This document shows positions 62,974 to 64,000 of a DNA stretch of 64,000 nt, one piece after another. Position numbers and translations under genes: made by a program. The stretch covers positions 81,944 through 145,943 of the forward strand of contig JAUSIK010000016.1 of assembly GCA_030648155.1 (NCBI GenBank), written 5' to 3'. Position 1 is the first letter of the stretch, and each line of letters starts with the position of its first letter. The DNA comes from Nanobdellota archaeon (lineage in GTDB: Archaea > Nanobdellota > Nanobdellia > Pacearchaeales > GW2011-AR1). The notes below the pieces were generated by a model. It was not told the origin of the DNA. It made no database searches and saw nothing but the letters and a program-made list of their open reading frames with translations.

Positions 62974-64000
62974 ATGGTGTCAACATTCGTAATATATGAT
63001 CTGGCTTTTTTAGTCTTGTTTACTTTAGCAACAGTTATATTTCTTTATAGAAAAAGACATAACTTGCAAAGACAGGGATTATTATATTTATATAGAACTA
63101 AAGTAGGAATAAGATTTATTGAATGGACAAGCAGGAAATTTCCTAAAACGCTCTATGCTTTGCAATATGTTGTAATTACATCTGGATTTATTTTAATGAT
63201 TTCAATGACTTACCTTTTGCTTAGATTTTCATACATTTATATTACTTCTGACGTTATAGCTCAAACTCTTAAAGTTCCTGTTATTATACCTTTAATTCCT
63301 TACTTGCCTGAAATATTTAATCTTGACTTTTTACCTCCATTTTACTTTACATATTGGATACTTATTATTGCAATTATTGCAATTCCTCATGAATTTGCCC
63401 ACGGCATTTTTGCAAGACTAAATAGAATAAAAATTCATTCAACAGGATTTGGATTTTTGGGGCCTTTTTTGGCAGCTTTTGTTGAGCAAGATGAAAAGGA
63501 CATGGAAAAAGCTAAGAAATTTCCACAGATGGCTGTTTTAGCAGCAGGCACTTTTGCAAATGTTATATTTACAGTGATATTTGGATTGTTGTTTTGGCTT
63601 TTCTTTTCATTGGCTTTTACTCCAGCAGGAGTAATATTCAGCTCATATGCAGCTGGTGTTGTTGATCTTTCAGGAATTGAAGTTATTGATGGGAAAACGG
63701 TTACATCGCTTGATGATATCCCTAATATTATTGATAAAGAAAAAGAATTTGTGCCAATTGAATTTAATGATCAGGTATTTTACGTTCCTCCAAAACAACT
63801 TGCAAGTGCAATTGAAAATAAATGGCCTCAAATATTGGCAGTGTTAGATTCTCCTGCATTTAGGGAGGGCCTGAAAGGAGCAATTACAGAAATAGATGGA
63901 CAAAAGATAATGAGTTTTGATGAGATAAGAGTCATATTAGATGAAAAATCTCCAGGGGATAGTGTAAATATTAAGACTGTATTGACTAATGGGGAAACAG
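62974..64000 (+). CDS. M50 site-2 protease with PDZ-like domain(s); 3' end beyond the window
   Basis: My translation from ATG 62974: MVSTFVIYDLAFLVLF...IAIPHEFAHGIFAR (HExxH)...AVLAAGTFANVIF. No stop occurs before 64000, so it is absent from the track. Confidence 0.75.
   Translation, partial: MVSTFVIYDLAFLVLFTLATVIFLYRKRHNLQRQGLLYLYRTKVGIRFIEWTSRKFPKTLYALQYVVITSGFILMISMTYLLLRFSYIYITSDVIAQTLKVPVIIPLIPYLPEIFNLDFLPPFYFTYWILIIAIIAIPHEFAHGIFARLNRIKIHSTGFGFLGPFLAAFVEQDEKDMEKAKKFPQMAVLAAGTFANVIFTVIFGLLFWLFFSLAFTPAGVIFSSYAAGVVDLSGIEVIDGKTVTSLDDIPNIIDKEKEFVPIEFNDQVFYVPPKQLASAIENKWPQILAVLDSPAFREGLKGAITEIDGQKIMSFDEIRVILDEKSPGDSVNIKTVLTNGET

Overview
This is an AT-rich, gene-dense segment of an archaeal chromosome. 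The archaeal assignment rests on ribosomal proteins eL18, eL21, eL40, P0 and P1, RNA polymerase subunits D, F and N, aIF5A, RNase P Rpp21, a XerA-type recombinase, FtsZ, SecE, an intron-containing tRNA and a stand-alone 5S rRNA. Compact genes, many overlapping start/stop codons, numerous toxin-antitoxin pairs and sparse metabolism suggest a small-genome, DPANN-like archaeon, but that is inference. All product calls come from reading motifs in the supplied translations or my own translations; no database search was run.

Content from left to right:
- A 3'-truncated P-type ATPase that is missing from the ORF track.
- An SNF2 helicase translationally coupled to a coiled-coil protein with many zinc ribbons.
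- IleRS, TrmB, VapBC and TatD.
- Two ribosomal-protein/RNA-polymerase blocks on opposite strands.
- A MacB/FtsX-type ABC operon with an embedded HEPN/MNT pair.
- RpoN, Rpp21, an HNH endonuclease, 5S rRNA and five tRNAs (three Leu, one Arg, one Ser).
- Sugar-nucleotide genes, a RecJ/GAN-like DHH protein and a second HEPN/MNT pair.
- GlmS plus a cluster of nucleotide-sugar dehydrogenase, HAS/NodC-like processive GT2 and deacetylase.
- AbiE, the ftsZ-secE-X-L1-P0-P1 block, a retropepsin pair, FKBP, aIF5A, eL40 and a truncated M50 protease.

The most unusual signals are non-coding:
- Each of the three tRNA-Leu genes is followed by a hairpin-rich trailer of about 75-130 nt that ends in a duplicate of the tRNA's own 3' end.
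- An 89-nt element is shared (84/89 identical) between two of these loci.
- Trailer hairpins show compensatory base changes between two of the loci.
- A bipartite repeat containing a 51-nt nested palindrome occurs twice.
- One tRNA-Leu carries an AAG anticodon.

No CRISPR array, 16S/23S rRNA or clear autonomous mobile element was seen.
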